Positions 40,017 through 53,384 of a stretch of DNA of 64,000 bases are shown one piece after another. A program made the position numbers and the translations under genes. The notes under the pieces are model-generated. The model searched no databases. It worked only from the letters and a program-made list of their open reading frames with translations, and had not been told where the DNA came from. Origin of the DNA: Eledone cirrhosa (taxonomy: Eukaryota); NCBI GenBank assembly GCA_964016885.1, contig OZ024743.1:62868001-62932000 (forward strand), written 5' to 3'. The first letter of the stretch is position 1. Each line of letters opens with the position of its first letter.

Positions 40017-40547
40017 CGTTTCTGAATTTGTTTAGCAAGATTCTTTATCTGAAATCGTGTGTTGAAACCGATATTGTTATACTTTGGGAGGGTCATGTTG
40101 CCAATAAGAAACACACGCACCAGTTGCTTTCACTTCAATTTATTATATATTTATAAATTTACAAGTCTACAAATTTATAAATTTCTGGTTGGTTGGCTGG
40201 TTCCACAACTAGATAGTTGTTTATATATAGTCATAGTTCTTTCGTCACACACTCTGTGACCTCTTCAGTGACTGGGGATTCCTTTCTTTGTTTCTGTGCC
40301 TTTCCTTTCTTCTGTCCTACGCCATTTTGTTTCTGTGTGTGTGTTGTGTGCTCAGTTTGCGCATGCGCCACATCCGGGTGTCTCTGTGTGTTTGTGTTCA
40401 TTTATCTATTTGTTTATTTATTTACATGTTATTGGTTGGTTGTTTGTTCTATGTGTGTGTGTGTTTTCATTTTGTCCTTAATTGTAAGTTGTGATGTTGC
40501 TGTTCCACTCATATTTTCTATTTAATTTTGGTTGTAATTCTTTTATG

Positions 40548-40665
40548 TTTATTGCCTCTGTAATTTGTCTAAACATTGCATCTTTTCTGTGTGTATGTGT
40601 GTGTAGATTCTATACACACAGAAAAGATGCAATGCAATGTTTAGACAAATTACAGAGGCAATAAA
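40548..40665. repeat. Inverted duplication, about 49-bp arms with a 5-nt insertion in one arm
   Basis: TTTATTGCCTCTGTAATTTGTCTAAACATTGCATCTTTTCTGTGTGTAT ... ATACACACAGAAAAGATGC(AATGC)AATGTTTAGACAAATTACAGAGGCAATAAA. Confidence 0.9.
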
Positions 40666-40697
40666 AGTTCAGATTTTAGATAAGATCGTGAATACAA

Positions 40698-41080
40698 GAG
40701 GTCGAAATAGGGTTCCTCCAAAGGGTCCTTGGAGGAATGTTACTTCATAAAGTGTGTAGCTTGGAGATCAGAGAGTCACTCCAGGTAGAGCCACTACTTC
40801 TCCAAATTGAGAGATCACAGCTCCGATACTATGGGTATGTGGTTAGAATATCTCAGGAAAGAATCATTGGACAGATTTTATGGGCAAAACCAACTGGCAG
40901 GAGACCCAGGAGTAGATCTCAAGTAAGATAGTTGGATAACATTCATAAGCTTGGCTGGTCTCGCTTGGGGATCCAATCAGATCATTTGGAGATGGTTGCT
41001 TCTGACAAGACCCGTTGGAAGGAGTGTTTGAAGACTCTTCCCCCACGACCCTCTCAGGAATAAGTGGGCAAAGAAGAAGG
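40698..41080 (+). mobile_element. RTE (Rex3/Expander-like) 3' fragment
   Basis: EIRESLQVEPLLLQIERSQLRYYGYVVR...PTGRRPRSR...LPPRP, with a GAAGAAG tail. Confidence 0.78.
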
Positions 41081-41399
41081 AGTTGAGAAATAGTTGAGAA
41101 AATCGAGTAAAATATCCCTGAAGAGAGAAAAAAGTGGACAGAGGTGTCTGTAAAGAATTGAACCCTGCATCTCTTGAATATATATATTAACACTGTATTT
41201 CATTATTTCTTTTATGGAAAACCACCCCATTTCCCCACCAAGACTCTGTGATTCCTGATGAATGCACTAAACCAACAACAGATATGTCAGTCAGTGAGTG
41301 AGTGGATCAGACAAGTAGTTCAGAAAGGGAGCAATTGTGTGAGACAAGCAGATATGAAAAAAGGGGAGCATTCCTTATAATTCACAAAGGTAAAATTAA

Positions 41400-41890
41400 C
41401 AATTAATATCCTGTAATGATATAGCAGAAATTATCTAAAAGTAGGTTTAATTCAAATATTTTTAGTATCTTTACTAGTGGACCGGTAATTGTGAACATTT
41501 TCAGCAAAGACTTTAATCTTTACATTTTGGAAAGTAAAAAACAGCATTATGATTACCTTCTTTTCAAGAACAAGATGAAAAGGCAATCATAATGCTATTT
41601 TGTACTTTTCAAAAATGCTTTGCCAATGTGATTTGTTAATTCAAATGTTTATAGTATCTTTATTAGTGGATACATCTTTATGAAAATTTGGAGTATTAAA
41701 GTAAATATTTAAAATATTAATGTGATGCAGCCATAATGCTATTTCATACTTTTCAAGAATTTATTGCTAATGTGATCTTATGTGGTATGAGACATTAAGT
41801 ATTAGAGTAAAGACTTTAATTTTTAATGAGATGAGGTCATAGTGTTATTTTATATTTTCAAAAATACCTTACTAAAGCAGTTTTATGACA
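41400..41890. repeat. AT-rich dispersed/tandem repeat family (also at about 20705-21050 and 25270-25460)
   Basis: Recurring TTAATTCAAATGTTTATAGTATCTTTACTAGTGG ... TACTTTTCAAGAAT..TTGCTAATGTGAT. Confidence 0.65.
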
Positions 41891-41991
41891 CAGGAGGTTA
41901 AAAGTTAAAAGGACAATGCAGCAAAAAATAAAAAATAGTGAAGACAAAAGAGATTGTATAGCAGGCAATACATCTGCCAATTCTACAGTAC

Positions 41992-42156
41992 CTGGCTTTC
42001 CGCCATGCAGCTCGTTTCTCAGCTTCACGAGCTCGCTCGTCTGCAGATAAATTGTCTCCTGAACTATCAACATCATTGGAGTCTGACTTCTTCTGTGCTG
42101 TCAGTCGTTTCTCAGCTTTCAATGTCCGAACACTGCCCACTGTTGGAGTGGTTTTA
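41992..42156 (-). CDS. scrib: scribble exon (S-KTTPTVGSVRTLKAEKR...LSADERAREAEKRAAWRKA)
   Basis: TACACAG|...|GTACTG; 165 nt, phase 2 to 2. It matches the Scribble motifs VRTxKAExR and EAEKRAxWRxAR. Confidence 0.92.
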
Positions 42157-44295
42157 CTGTGTACAGTAAATAGGAATAATGCATTAGTAACATTAAATGA
42201 AAAAAAAAAGATAGTAGCTGATCATCAGATCAAGGAAATTATGTTTCCATTGGTCTTTCCATTGCAGATACTATCTACTGGTCACAATTCCTGGCCGAAG
42301 AGTTATGAGTAAATGGCCCAGTGGTTAAGGTACTTGGCTCACAATCTTAAGGCTGTAAGTTTGATTCTTGACAGAACATTGTGTTATTGAGATAGACACT
42401 ATATTTTATGTTGCTCCATTTCACTTAGCAAATATGAGTTGTAGCTGTAATTCAAAGGGTCAGTCTTACCACACACACCATATCAGGCTTGGCCACTAGC
42501 ACATTAGTTTCAGGAGCAAGATGTCCCATTAGTCAAACAACTGGAACAGTGAATGAATCTATAGAATGCTCGGCCACTTGCATGTTAATTTCATGAGCAG
42601 GCTGTTCCATTGATTGAACAACTGGAACACTCTTGGAGGTCCAACAAACATTTTAATAATATCAAGAACAACAATAACAACAGTAATAATAATAATAATA
42701 TATATAGTAAAATGATTTCCAATGCTCAACCAATGATGAACAATACTGAGTCTATTGACATGCTACTGACAATAAACATGCTGAACAGAAGAGATTCATC
42801 AAAATGAAATTATATATATATCATCATCATTTAACATCCACCTTCTCTGTTAGCAAGGATTTAACTATATATAACCCATGCAAGCATGGAAGAACAGATA
42901 TATAAACGATGATGATATAGATATATATAAAACAAAAATAAAAACAAATTAAAAATGCAAAATTTAAAAAAAATAAGTCTTTTGTTACCAAACTGCCTGA
43001 AACGGCCCCTGTTTCTATGGTACAAAAACTATTTATTTTAAAGTTCAATTATTATTTTATGCAAAAACATTTGCTATGTTCCAAACACCAGCTTAATAAG
43101 AAAGTTAGTTATATTACTAAATCCCTCCAAATGTTTTTATTATTAATAAAATGTTTCAAAGGCAGTGTTTTCATTAGAAATATGTTAATGAAAGTCACTC
43201 ATTGTCACACTCCCCAAGAAAGGCAATATTTTCAAAAAATGATTAATCCTTTTGTGACCATAATTTTATGTAAGAACCTCCAAATACCAGCTTAATAACC
43301 AGAAAGTATATTACTAAACTTATTCAAATTCTTGATTATTTTCAAAATGATGATAAAATCATTGGCAGTGTTTTTTTATAAGAAATATGGTAAGAAAAGA
43401 CATCATAAAAGACTACAAGACTGAAAAAATATCATAAGAAATACAAGACAAAAATACAAATAAAATTTTAAAAACAAAAAAGAACAACACTTGAAATAAG
43501 GATTATTATTTTTTTTTAAAAAGAATTTTGCCAATGCATTTATTAAAACTTAACATGCTGAATAAATACCTAATATCAAGGCTGGAGTGGAAGAAAAAAA
43601 GAAGAACGAGAGAACATATTAACCACAAGTTCAATTCTAATTCAGTACAATGTAAAAAAGTAAGAGAAAAGAAGGACTGCTGGCAAAAATTTAGACCTAA
43701 ATGTGACAAACTCTTTTCAATTGTGTCAAAGAAGGTTATAAGAAGGTCACCCAACTGTAGAAAACTTGCCAGACAAAGGGTCAGCAGGACTTTTCAGTTG
43801 TGTCAAAGACATGACATCCTTATTAGGGTTGGTGCTATGATAAAATGCACCTGCTGAACTCTGTAGAGAGTGGGAACATATCTGAGATGTGGCTCCCAAT
43901 TCATCTGCTAGCAGGAAAAACAGACATTAGGTGCTGGTGGTACTATGGAAACATTCACACTCAAACCAATCTACAAAATGCCATCACTACTACAAGGTAA
44001 TGAAACATTTATCAGTTAATCTTTAGCATGCTCTAGGCGACATAAGGCGCCGATGGAGTAACCTCCCCTTAATACATAATGCAGTGTCAAGGGAAGCAAT
44101 TCTTAAAACTTTCTAGCATGCATAAGGTTAATAAAGCTGCATATGAACCCATATACAACAAGTATATGTATAATAAACATACATTTAGTCTTGCTGTGAA
44201 GATTTTAGGCTGTGTTCATGTCACAACCTCAGCATCAGAGAGTAAGAATGGTAGATACATGTATTTCACAGTCATTACAGTTTATCAGTACTCAC

Positions 44296-44336
44296 TCATT
44301 CATACCCAGCTGCCAATGTATGAAAGATGGTACCAC
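44296..44336 (-). CDS. scrib: Candidate stop-containing scribble cassette exon (R-WYHLSYIGSWV*)
   Basis: Acceptor ATCATTTATCTTTAAG|, consensus donor |GTGAGT. Phase-2 entry from exon 45943 gives a stop at 44300-44302. Confidence 0.45.
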
Positions 44337-45942
44337 CTTAAAGATAAATGATACTTATTTATAACAAGATGAACTCAGCATTTTAAAATTATCTTTTCAG
44401 CAGAGTGCCATTAATGAATTACAAACTACACAGTCGTTTATTGGTAGCCTTATATTTCTAATCCCAAAATATAAAGAAATAGTAAATGTAAATTATAGGA
44501 ATTTTTAAGTGACAATTCAAAATGTAAATAAAGTACAGGTTTAGGTAAAAATACTGAGCCCTTAACTCCTGATGGAGTTGTAGGGGTGCTGTTCTGACAT
44601 ATGGCATGTCTTGGGCATTTTAAACCTGGTGGAGCCCATCCCTTTCTCAATCATAACACAGCTGATCTCTTTCAGAAAAAGAAAACAGAAAGAGAAAGTG
44701 ATAAAGAAAATTAGAAGAATCAACACCAGCACTGGACTGGTACTTTATTTATTGACTACAAAAGAATGAAAGGTAAGCTTATCTTGGTGGGATTTGAATG
44801 CCGAGCACAGTAAGATGACAAATACTAAGGCATTTTTAATCCAATGCTATAAAGACAGCCAATTTGCTGCCTTAAACTACTGGTTAAACCTTTCACCCTC
44901 AAACTAGATAGAAAATTGGACCAAGAAAAATATGTCTTCCATTGGTCTTTCTATTGCCGATACTATCTGCCAGTCACAACTCCTGACTCCAATGTCACTG
45001 CTTTTCTGGTGACAGGAGACAGGATTTGAACTCAAAACACACACAGCTGGGACAAATATTTCAAAGTGTTCCTCTACTAATCCCAGCACCCATGGACTTG
45101 ATACCTTATCTATCAATTCCAAAAGGATGAAAGGCAAAGTTGACCTTGATGGGATTTGAACTTATAGCGTAGAAAGCCAGAACAAATACTGAGGCATTTA
45201 ACCCAGTAGCAGATTAGGAAAGAAGGGGTGGTGGTGGTGGTGATTGATCTGAATACAGGAGCCCCACAATATTTAAAGCCCCCCAAATTAATATTTAGGC
45301 TGCCCTAAATAACACACTAGCACACTAATGAAATATTTAGTCAGGGGCCCTGCGCAAACTTAATCTTCTGATTTAATCTGATGCCCTAACAACTCTTTTA
45401 ACCCCCAAAATATAAAGAAATAGAAAACCTAAATTATAGGATTTTTAAGTGAAAATTCAAAATACAAATAAATGTACAGGTTAACCCTTTCTGCAAAGAA
45501 TTTAGTGTCAGAAGAAGCAAACCATTTTGATACCCAGCCAAAACCAGCTTGGTTCTATGAAATAAAACAACCTATTTTAAATAGTTCCTATTTAAATTAA
45601 AATCTTCCAATACACTTTTAGATAAAGACCATATGTAAGTCATTTTAGTAATGAAATATTTATTGCATACATGCAGTGCCCCTTAACTCTTGAGAGAGTC
45701 ATAGGGGAACTGTATTGACATACAGTGTTTCTAGGGCATTATTAAACCTGGTGGAGCCCATCTTTCCAGGGCTGAATACAGCAGAATTCTTCCAAAAGGG
45801 GTAGAGAGTGAGTGAAAGGAAGTGTGAAAGAGACTCTGCCAATTTGCCACTTATGATTATTGCATTTAGTAAATCCCTCAAAATTCTTCATTCATTAATT
45901 AAAATTCAGTCATGAGAGTGTCAAGTAGTAATGTTATCTTAC

Positions 45943-46030
45943 CTAGCAAGTACTTGGTTATATTCTGTCTCTTGGTAGGGTGACATGTATTCCAAAAGTT
46001 CCTCATGTGACATGTTGGAAGCTTTTTGTT
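45943..46030 (-). CDS. scrib: scribble exon (E-QKASNMSHEELLEYMSPYQETEYNQVLA)
   Basis: TTTTATTTGATAG|...AG|GTAAGA; 88 nt, phase 1 to 2, joins both neighbours in frame. Confidence 0.82.
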
Positions 46031-46523
46031 CTATCAAATAAAATGTTTTTTTTTAAATAAAGAGATATTACAATTACTAACACTTGCAACAATACAATAA
46101 TAACAGCTGTATGTGTATAAAAGGTAAAGGCCTCCTTTGGTCACAAATGACCATGGTATTTACACCTAGAAAGTTCACCTCTGGGGCACAAGTCTGGGCA
46201 AGGTTATTTTTGAGGAAGATCAGCAGTTACCCATGCATACCAGCCCACCCTCTTCATACCACCCATGTTATCCAAGGGAAAGACAAAGGCTGCTACAGCT
46301 TGGCACCAGTGAGTTGCAACTCATTTCTACAGCTGAATAAACTGGAACAATGTGAAATAAAGTGTCTTGCTCAAGGACACAACGCATCATCCGGTCCAAG
46401 AGTCGAACTCACAACCTCCCGATTGCAAGCCCAATGCTCTAATTACTAAACCATGTGCCTTCATGTGTGTGTGTGTATATATGCATATACACACAAATTA
46501 CATATATGTACATATATATAAGC

Positions 46524-46561
<38 letters not shown>

Positions 46562-47437
46562 GAATGTACAAGAGAGAGAGAAATACACAACACCTGTTGA
46601 GTTTATTCCTGTAATTGAAACTGTACTTATAGTTTATATTTTTTTTTATTCCACTTTATAAACATCTTATACATATAAACAATTTTATAATGAATATGAT
46701 TTACAAAAGGAACAAATAAAGAGAAATTATTCAGAAAAAAAAAATGGGTGAAGATATGAGCACTCAACAGGAAATGTTGAGTGCTCATATCTTGGTATTT
46801 GTCCAAGATGTAATGCAATGGGATCACATGAGATATAACACACAAACATACAAACATTATGAGACCTATGGCATTGCTGGGGGGTGATAGGAATAATAGG
46901 GAGGTTAAGGTACTGGAATAGCTAAGCATCTTCATGAGTATCTCCTGATACTTCTCTAAGGTGAGCCATGGTAAATAACACTTGTACAAGATGCTACATT
47001 AACCCTTTAGCATTTACATTACTCTATATTTACTATTGTAGTTTAACAGTAAAGGCTTTATCTTACATAATTATCTCACATAATATCGAATCTACGAGAT
47101 TTTGATGTTATTTATTTTGAAAACAATACCTTAATGTATGTATGAGTGGCCAGTTACAGCCAGTTTGAACAGAAGGAGATGAGAGAGTTCTGGATGGATG
47201 CAGCAGGTTTAAATGCTAAAGGGTATTCCTGACATTTCTGGGGGTGATAAGGAGATTAAGACACTGGAATAGACAAGCATCCTCCTGATACTTCAGTACA
47301 GTAAACTATGGCATATTATGAGATATTGCGTGTACACATACATACACATGGGCATGTACACACACATTTGTGCACACACACTCGTGCACGCATGCACACA
47401 CACACACACACACTCATTTTAGAGACAAAACTATTAC

Positions 47438-47494
47438 CTTCATATTGTTTCATACGAGCTACTTCGTGTTCTGACAGATAACTGAACTGCTTTG
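47438..47494 (-). CDS. scrib: scribble exon (T-KQFSYLSEHEVARMKQYE)
   Basis: TTGTTTCAG|...G|GTAATA; 57 nt, phase 1 to 1. It resembles the Scribble FSFLxxxEVExLxQEE motif. Confidence 0.88.
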
Positions 47495-49326
47495 CTGAAA
47501 CAATAATATAAACAAATAGATAAACACAAAACTAGAATGACCAAATATATTTTCATAGCCTTCCAATTTAAACCTTTTTATACCAAATCACGTGAAACTG
47601 CTCCTGATCCTGTATTATAAAACTATTTAAAGTGTTTAACATCACCATTTTATGTCCATTTCCATGCTGGCATGAGTTAAATAGGTTTTCACATTCTGAG
47701 ACAGGATAAATGACCATATCTTGCTCATAAGTTTCATTCTGGCATAGTTTCTATGGATGGATGCCTATGTTATAAAGCTCAATACTTTACAGCATATACT
47801 GGGTCCATTTCGTTGTGGCACCAGCATGTTATATTCATCTAAAAACCTATCATGATTTTAAATAAGAACCTTTGTGAAATTAAGCTCCGAACAGCAGCTT
47901 AATAATAAGAAAGTTATATTACTAAATACCTCAAAATTTGTGAGTATTTTCAAAATTATTTGAAAATCATAGGCAGCATCTTTCATTAGAAATACAATAA
48001 TGGAAGAGGTAATGACCAAATATATTCTCATTCCTTTCCAATTCAATTCATCAAATAAGAAATTTTGTTATTTTTAACCTCCTGCTCTTCTCTAAATCTC
48101 CATAGTGAAACTGAGAAGGCTTACATATTTTAAATAGATTACTTCATACGCTGTGTGGTGTAATGTGTAAATTAGCCTGGATCTGTTTACTGTTGAAGTA
48201 ACAAAAAATCTCTAAATAAACAGAACATTTAAAAATCGTTTATGGCTAATCAAGATAATAAAGTGATTCAGCTATATTGCACCAAAGGCGGATTTAATAA
48301 GAATCATTAGCAGTTTCATTTTACATCGGCTTTCCATGAGAATTGGCAGTCATTAAAGTGTTGTATTAAATATCTCATTAGTTGTTTTAGTCTCTCTCTG
48401 AACTCCGGGTTCAAACCTCATTGAGGTCAACTTTGTCTTTCATCCTTTTGGGGTTGATAAATGAAATAACAGTCCAGGGGAGGGGAATTGTTAAAGAGTT
48501 GGACAGGATGCTTTGTAGTATCTAATCCAATCCTGTGCATCTTGAATTCAAATTCTGCCTCTTTCTACTAAGAGTTGTCCAGTAGAAAATATCAAATAGA
48601 AAGACCAACAGTAACATAATTTCCTTGGTTTGATCTGATGATAGTTTTTTTTTTCCCATGCTAGCCTGGGTTGGATGGTTTTCATAGCCCAGGAAAATAT
48701 GTTCCAAATTTTGATATGGTTTCTACAGCTGGATATTCTTCTTAATGCTAAGAATCAAAATTATAAAATCTAGTCAGTGATTGTAAGCTGTTGTTAATTT
48801 GGATTTTACTCCAAATGAATCTTCAGTTGAAGCATGTGGCCTAGTGGTAAGTGTCGGCCTCATGATCATAAGGGCTCAATTCATGATATGTTGCGTTCTT
48901 GAGCAAAATACTTCATTTCACATTGTTTTTCATGATAGGACTGGAGTCCCTATCAAAGAAACACATAAGAAACCTCCTATGAGACACAGCCTTATATAAG
49001 GTCAGTTAAACCTATATAGGTATAAGCTGAAAATTTCATTGTTTTCCTCATTTTAAATAATGTTTCACATTCACAGTAAAACTAAGTTAATTAGGATAAA
49101 ATGGATTATTTCATATGTTATACAGAGCAACAATAACAACCATTATCATCTTATGCCTGCTTTTCATGCAGGCATGGAATGGACAAGTCATTACAATTTG
49201 AGTCAGCTTGTTGAGCCCTCAGCTTCTACTGATAGTCAACATCAATTACCTTACTCAAGAATCCTGATTGACCTATGAACTGAACCCACAACTTCATGAC
49301 AGAGACTAACACCCCAACCTATAGAC

Positions 49327-49626
49327 CAGCGTTTCTCAACCGGTGTTCCCCGGAACCCTAGGATTCCGCTAGAACCAGTGATAAATAAACAAATGTATTT
49401 TAAAAAGTAATTTTTGTTTAATTTTATATTCGTAATTTTACTATACATTTACGGCATATTGTCGGAAAATCCTTGTTTATTTTAAGAAAGGCTTCAACCT
49501 CTTATATTATTTAAAACTAGGTCAATATAAGAGGTAGATATTAATAATGGTATATAATAATTTTTATGTAGGGGTTCCCTGTGACATGAACCTATTTCAA
49601 GGGTTCCACAAGGTTGAGAAATGCTG
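49327..49626. mobile_element. hAT MITE, 300 bp, 8-bp TSD CTATAGAC
   Basis: TIRs CAGCGTTTCTCAACC / GGTTGAGAAATGCTG; TSD at 49319-49326 and 49627-49634. Confidence 0.92.
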
Positions 49627-49630
49627 CTAT

Positions 49631-51155
49631 AGACTAACACCCCAACCTATAGACTGATACGCCAACCTATAGACTAACACCCCAACCTATAGACTGATAC
49701 GCCAACCTATAGACTAACACTCCAACCTATATACTAACATCCCAACCTATAGACTAACACCCCAACCTATAGACTAACGCCCCAACCTATTGACTAACAT
49801 CCCAACCTATAGACTAACACCCCAACCTATAGACTAACACCCCAATCTATATACTAACACCCCAACCTATAGACTAACACCCCAACCAATAGACTAACAC
49901 CCCAACCTATAGACTAACACCCCAACCTATAGACTAACACCCCAACCTATAGACTAACACCCCAACCAATAGACTAACACCCCAACCTATATACTAACAC
50001 CCCAACCTATAGACTAACACCCCAACCAATAGACTAACACCCCAACCTATAGACTAACACCCCAACCTATAGACTAACACCCCAATCTATATACTAACAC
50101 CCCAACCTATAGACTAACACCCCAACCTATAGACTAACACTCCAACCTATAGACTAACACCCCAACCTATAGACTAACGCCCCAACCTATAGACTAACAC
50201 CCCAACCTATAGACTAACACCCCAACCTATATACTAACACCCCAACCTATAGACTAACACCCCAACCTATAGACTAACACCCCAACCAATAGACTAACAC
50301 CCCAATCTATATACTAACACCCCAACCTATAGACTAACACCCCAACCTATAGACTAACACCCCAACCTATAGACTAACACCCCAACCTATAGACTAACAC
50401 CCCAACCAATAGACTAACACCCCAACCAATAGACTAACACCCCAATCTATATACTAACACCCCAACCTATAGACTAACACCCCAACCTATAGACTAACAC
50501 CCCAACCTATAGACTAACACCCCAACCAATAGACTAACACCCCAACCAATAGACTAACACCCCAATCTATATACTAACACCCCAACCTATAGACTAACAC
50601 CCCAACCTATAGACTAACACCCCAACCTATAGACTAACACCCCAACCTATAGACTAACACCCCAATCTATATACTAACACCCCAACCTATTGACTAACAT
50701 CCCAACCTATAGACTAACACCCCAACCTATTGACTACCATCCCAACCTATAGACTAACACCCCAACCTATAGACTAACACCCCAACCTATAGACTAACAC
50801 CCCAACCTATAGACTAACACCCCAACCAATAGACTAACACCCCAACCTATAGACTAACACCCCAACCTATAGACTAACACCCCAACCTATATACTAACAC
50901 CCCAACCTATAGACTAACACCCCAACCTATAGACTAACACCCCAACCTATAGACTAACACCCCAACCTATAGACTAACACCCCAACCAATAGACTAACAC
51001 CCCAACCTATAGACTAACACCCCAACCTATAGACTAACACCCCAACCTATAGACTAACACCCCAACCTATAGACTAACACCCCAACCTATATACTAACAC
51101 CCCAACCTATATACTAACACCCCAACCTATAGACTAACAGCCCAACCTATAGACT
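49631..51155. repeat. Minisatellite, 76 x 20 bp (AGACTAACACCCCAACCTAT)
   Basis: Directly visible. The 20-bp register is never broken; variants are substitutions only. Confidence 0.98.
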
Positions 51156-51569
51156 ATTCCATCAAAAAACAAAGTATGACAAATGTTTAACTCTTTCATT
51201 ACATATTCCAAATAAAAGATACTGTTTATGACTGTCAAACCATTTGGAATATAATCAAGAATTGTAGAATTCAGTAATATAACTAACTTTTTTATTATTG
51301 AGGTAGTGTTTGAAACAAAATATTTTTACGTAAAATTGTGATGGTATGTTTTTAGACAAATATAAACATTTAAAAACAAATTGGTATCAAAAGAGTTATA
51401 AGCTGATGTTTGAAACAACATCTTTTTACATAATATTATATAAGAATTAAATTTAAATATGAACACTTTAAAACCAACAGTTTTGTATCATCAAAGTGGG
51501 GAAAGTTTCAGGTGGGTAGATATCAAAAGGGTTAAAGTGATGTTATATCATAAATAATTGTTAACATAC

Positions 51570-51666
51570 TTGGCTGCCTTGGACCACCTGAAGCTTGATG
51601 TTGGATCTCTCTCTCAAAGTATTTCTGTTTTTCAATGAAAGACATTCCTTCAGTTGGATTATCAGA
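51570..51666 (-). CDS. scrib: scribble exon (SDNPTEGMSFIEKQKYFEREIQHQASGGPRQP)
   Basis: TTTTTTCTCCTACAG|...|GTATGT; 97 nt, phase 0 to 1. It matches the Scribble (L/M)SFxExQKYFE motif. Confidence 0.9.
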
Positions 51667-51851
51667 CTGTAGGAGAAAAAATAGAGAAGACACATGTAGA
51701 ATGGACATGGCAAATGTCAGTGAAATAGTCATATAAGAAATAACTGGATCAACAAGTTTATAATGATGATAATTTTTTTCCTTTTTTGTAAGGTTTCTCT
51801 AGCAATTGGATGCATGAAGTGAATTAATTGCTCTCAAATCAGTCCCTGATT

Positions 51852-52125
51852 TCAGAAGCTCAGTATATCACATAGGATTTTAGCAGTGCTAGTGATGGTA
51901 GAAATTTGGGTACTGCTTATGAAGCCAGGGATCCTAAGGCTTTTAATGAAAGACATAAGGCATTTCGGGACTGTGTCAAGCACCCCAATGATGATTGGCA
52001 TGACTTCTGTCTCTACATGGTGCTCAGTTCTAGTAGCGCCTGCAAGGTCTGCATACTTATTGATCTTTTCCATTTAATTTTCAGCCACATTGTGGTTGTG
52101 AGGGATCACAATATCAATTAGAGTC
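51852..52125 (-). mobile_element. R4/NeSL-group non-LTR RLE domain remnant
   Basis: LIDIVIPHNHNV...EKINKYADL...VMPIIIGVLDTVP...TAKIL..IL. Confidence 0.72.
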
Positions 52126-52594
52126 CATTTTACACATGCTTTCCATGCTGGCATTTGTTGAACGGGTCATTATGGTTCAAGACTAGATAGGTTGGGAAAC
52201 CATGTCTTGACTCCTTTGTTTCATATGTGAGCTGGTTTCTATGGATATCCTTCCTAACACCAACTACTTTATAGAGTGTACTGTGTGTATTTCATAATGG
52301 TACCCCAAAAATACCACTTTACAGAGTGTACTGGGTTTCAATACTATATTTTAAATGGCTTGGATAGATTTAGAAAGAGCACATTGTAAGATCTAAAAAA
52401 ATACCATTGATTTTGTAAACTCTTCATTAGAAAGAAATGTACCTTGCTCAAGGACACAATGCATCACCTGGTCCGAGAATTGAACTTGCAACCTCACGAT
52501 TGTGAATCGAACTCTCTAACCACTAAGCCATGTGCCTTCACTATAGATAGACAGATATATATATATATATATATATACATATATTTATATAGAT

Positions 52595-53031
52595 GAAGGT
52601 GCATGGTTTAGTGGTTAGAGCATTGGGCTTGCAATCGAAAGGTGAGTTCAATTCTCAGACCGGGTGATGTGTTGTTTCCTTGAGCAAGACACTTTATTTC
52701 GCATTGCTCCAGTTTACTCAGCTGTAGAAATGAGATGATAGGGACTGGGGTCCCTATCATTCCACTGCAAAGTGGGCGTGGAGGTGCCACGGCAAAAAAA
52801 AGCACCCAACCCACACTGTAAAGTGGACGTGTAGGCGCCACGGAAAAAAAGCACCCAGCACTCACTGTAAATGAGGTTGGTGTTAGGAAGGGCAACCAGC
52901 TGTAGAAATCAAGCCAGAATCAGTTCCTGTATGAGCAAGGCAAGGTAAGCTGACAGGACACTGCTCACAAGAGGACAACCCATCTAACCCATGCTAGCAT
53001 GGAAGAACGGATGTAAAACGGTGATGATGAT
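52595..53031 (+). mobile_element. Full-length tRNA-derived SINE with RTE-derived body and tail
   Basis: A box TGGTTTAGTGG, B box GAGTTCAATTC, core TTGAGCAAGACACTTT, then GGTGTTAGGAAGGGCA and tail CCATGCTAGCATGGAAGAACGGATGTAAAACG(GAT)n. Confidence 0.88.
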
Positions 53032-53350
53032 ATAAATAAATAATTAGCTAAGGAAATAGACAAGATGAGAGACGAACTAAGATATTTGATGAGAATGATC
53101 AGGAAAATTTTAAATAAAAGTCATTAGAAAAAAACTAAAAACACAATAACAGCAAACAAACAAAGCACACAAAAAAAACTAAAATCACTGAAAGTCAATG
53201 AAAGCAATGTGAATATAAAGAGGAAACCAAATGAAACAGAAATAGAGAGAATAAGGAGAGGGAAACAGACGGGGTGAGAGAGAGATATAGAGAGAGAAAC
53301 AAAGGCTATTGATAGAAAGAGATTGTGAAGAAAACTGTGTGTGTTTTTAT

Positions 53351-53384
<34 letters not shown>

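Noticed and set aside
49631-51155. CRISPR-like regular array
   Set aside because: Head-to-tail 20-mers with no unique spacers, no cas genes, and a eukaryotic intron context.
52595-52670. tRNA gene
   Set aside because: The A and B boxes belong to a SINE head; there is no convincing cloverleaf and the sequence continues into the SINE body.
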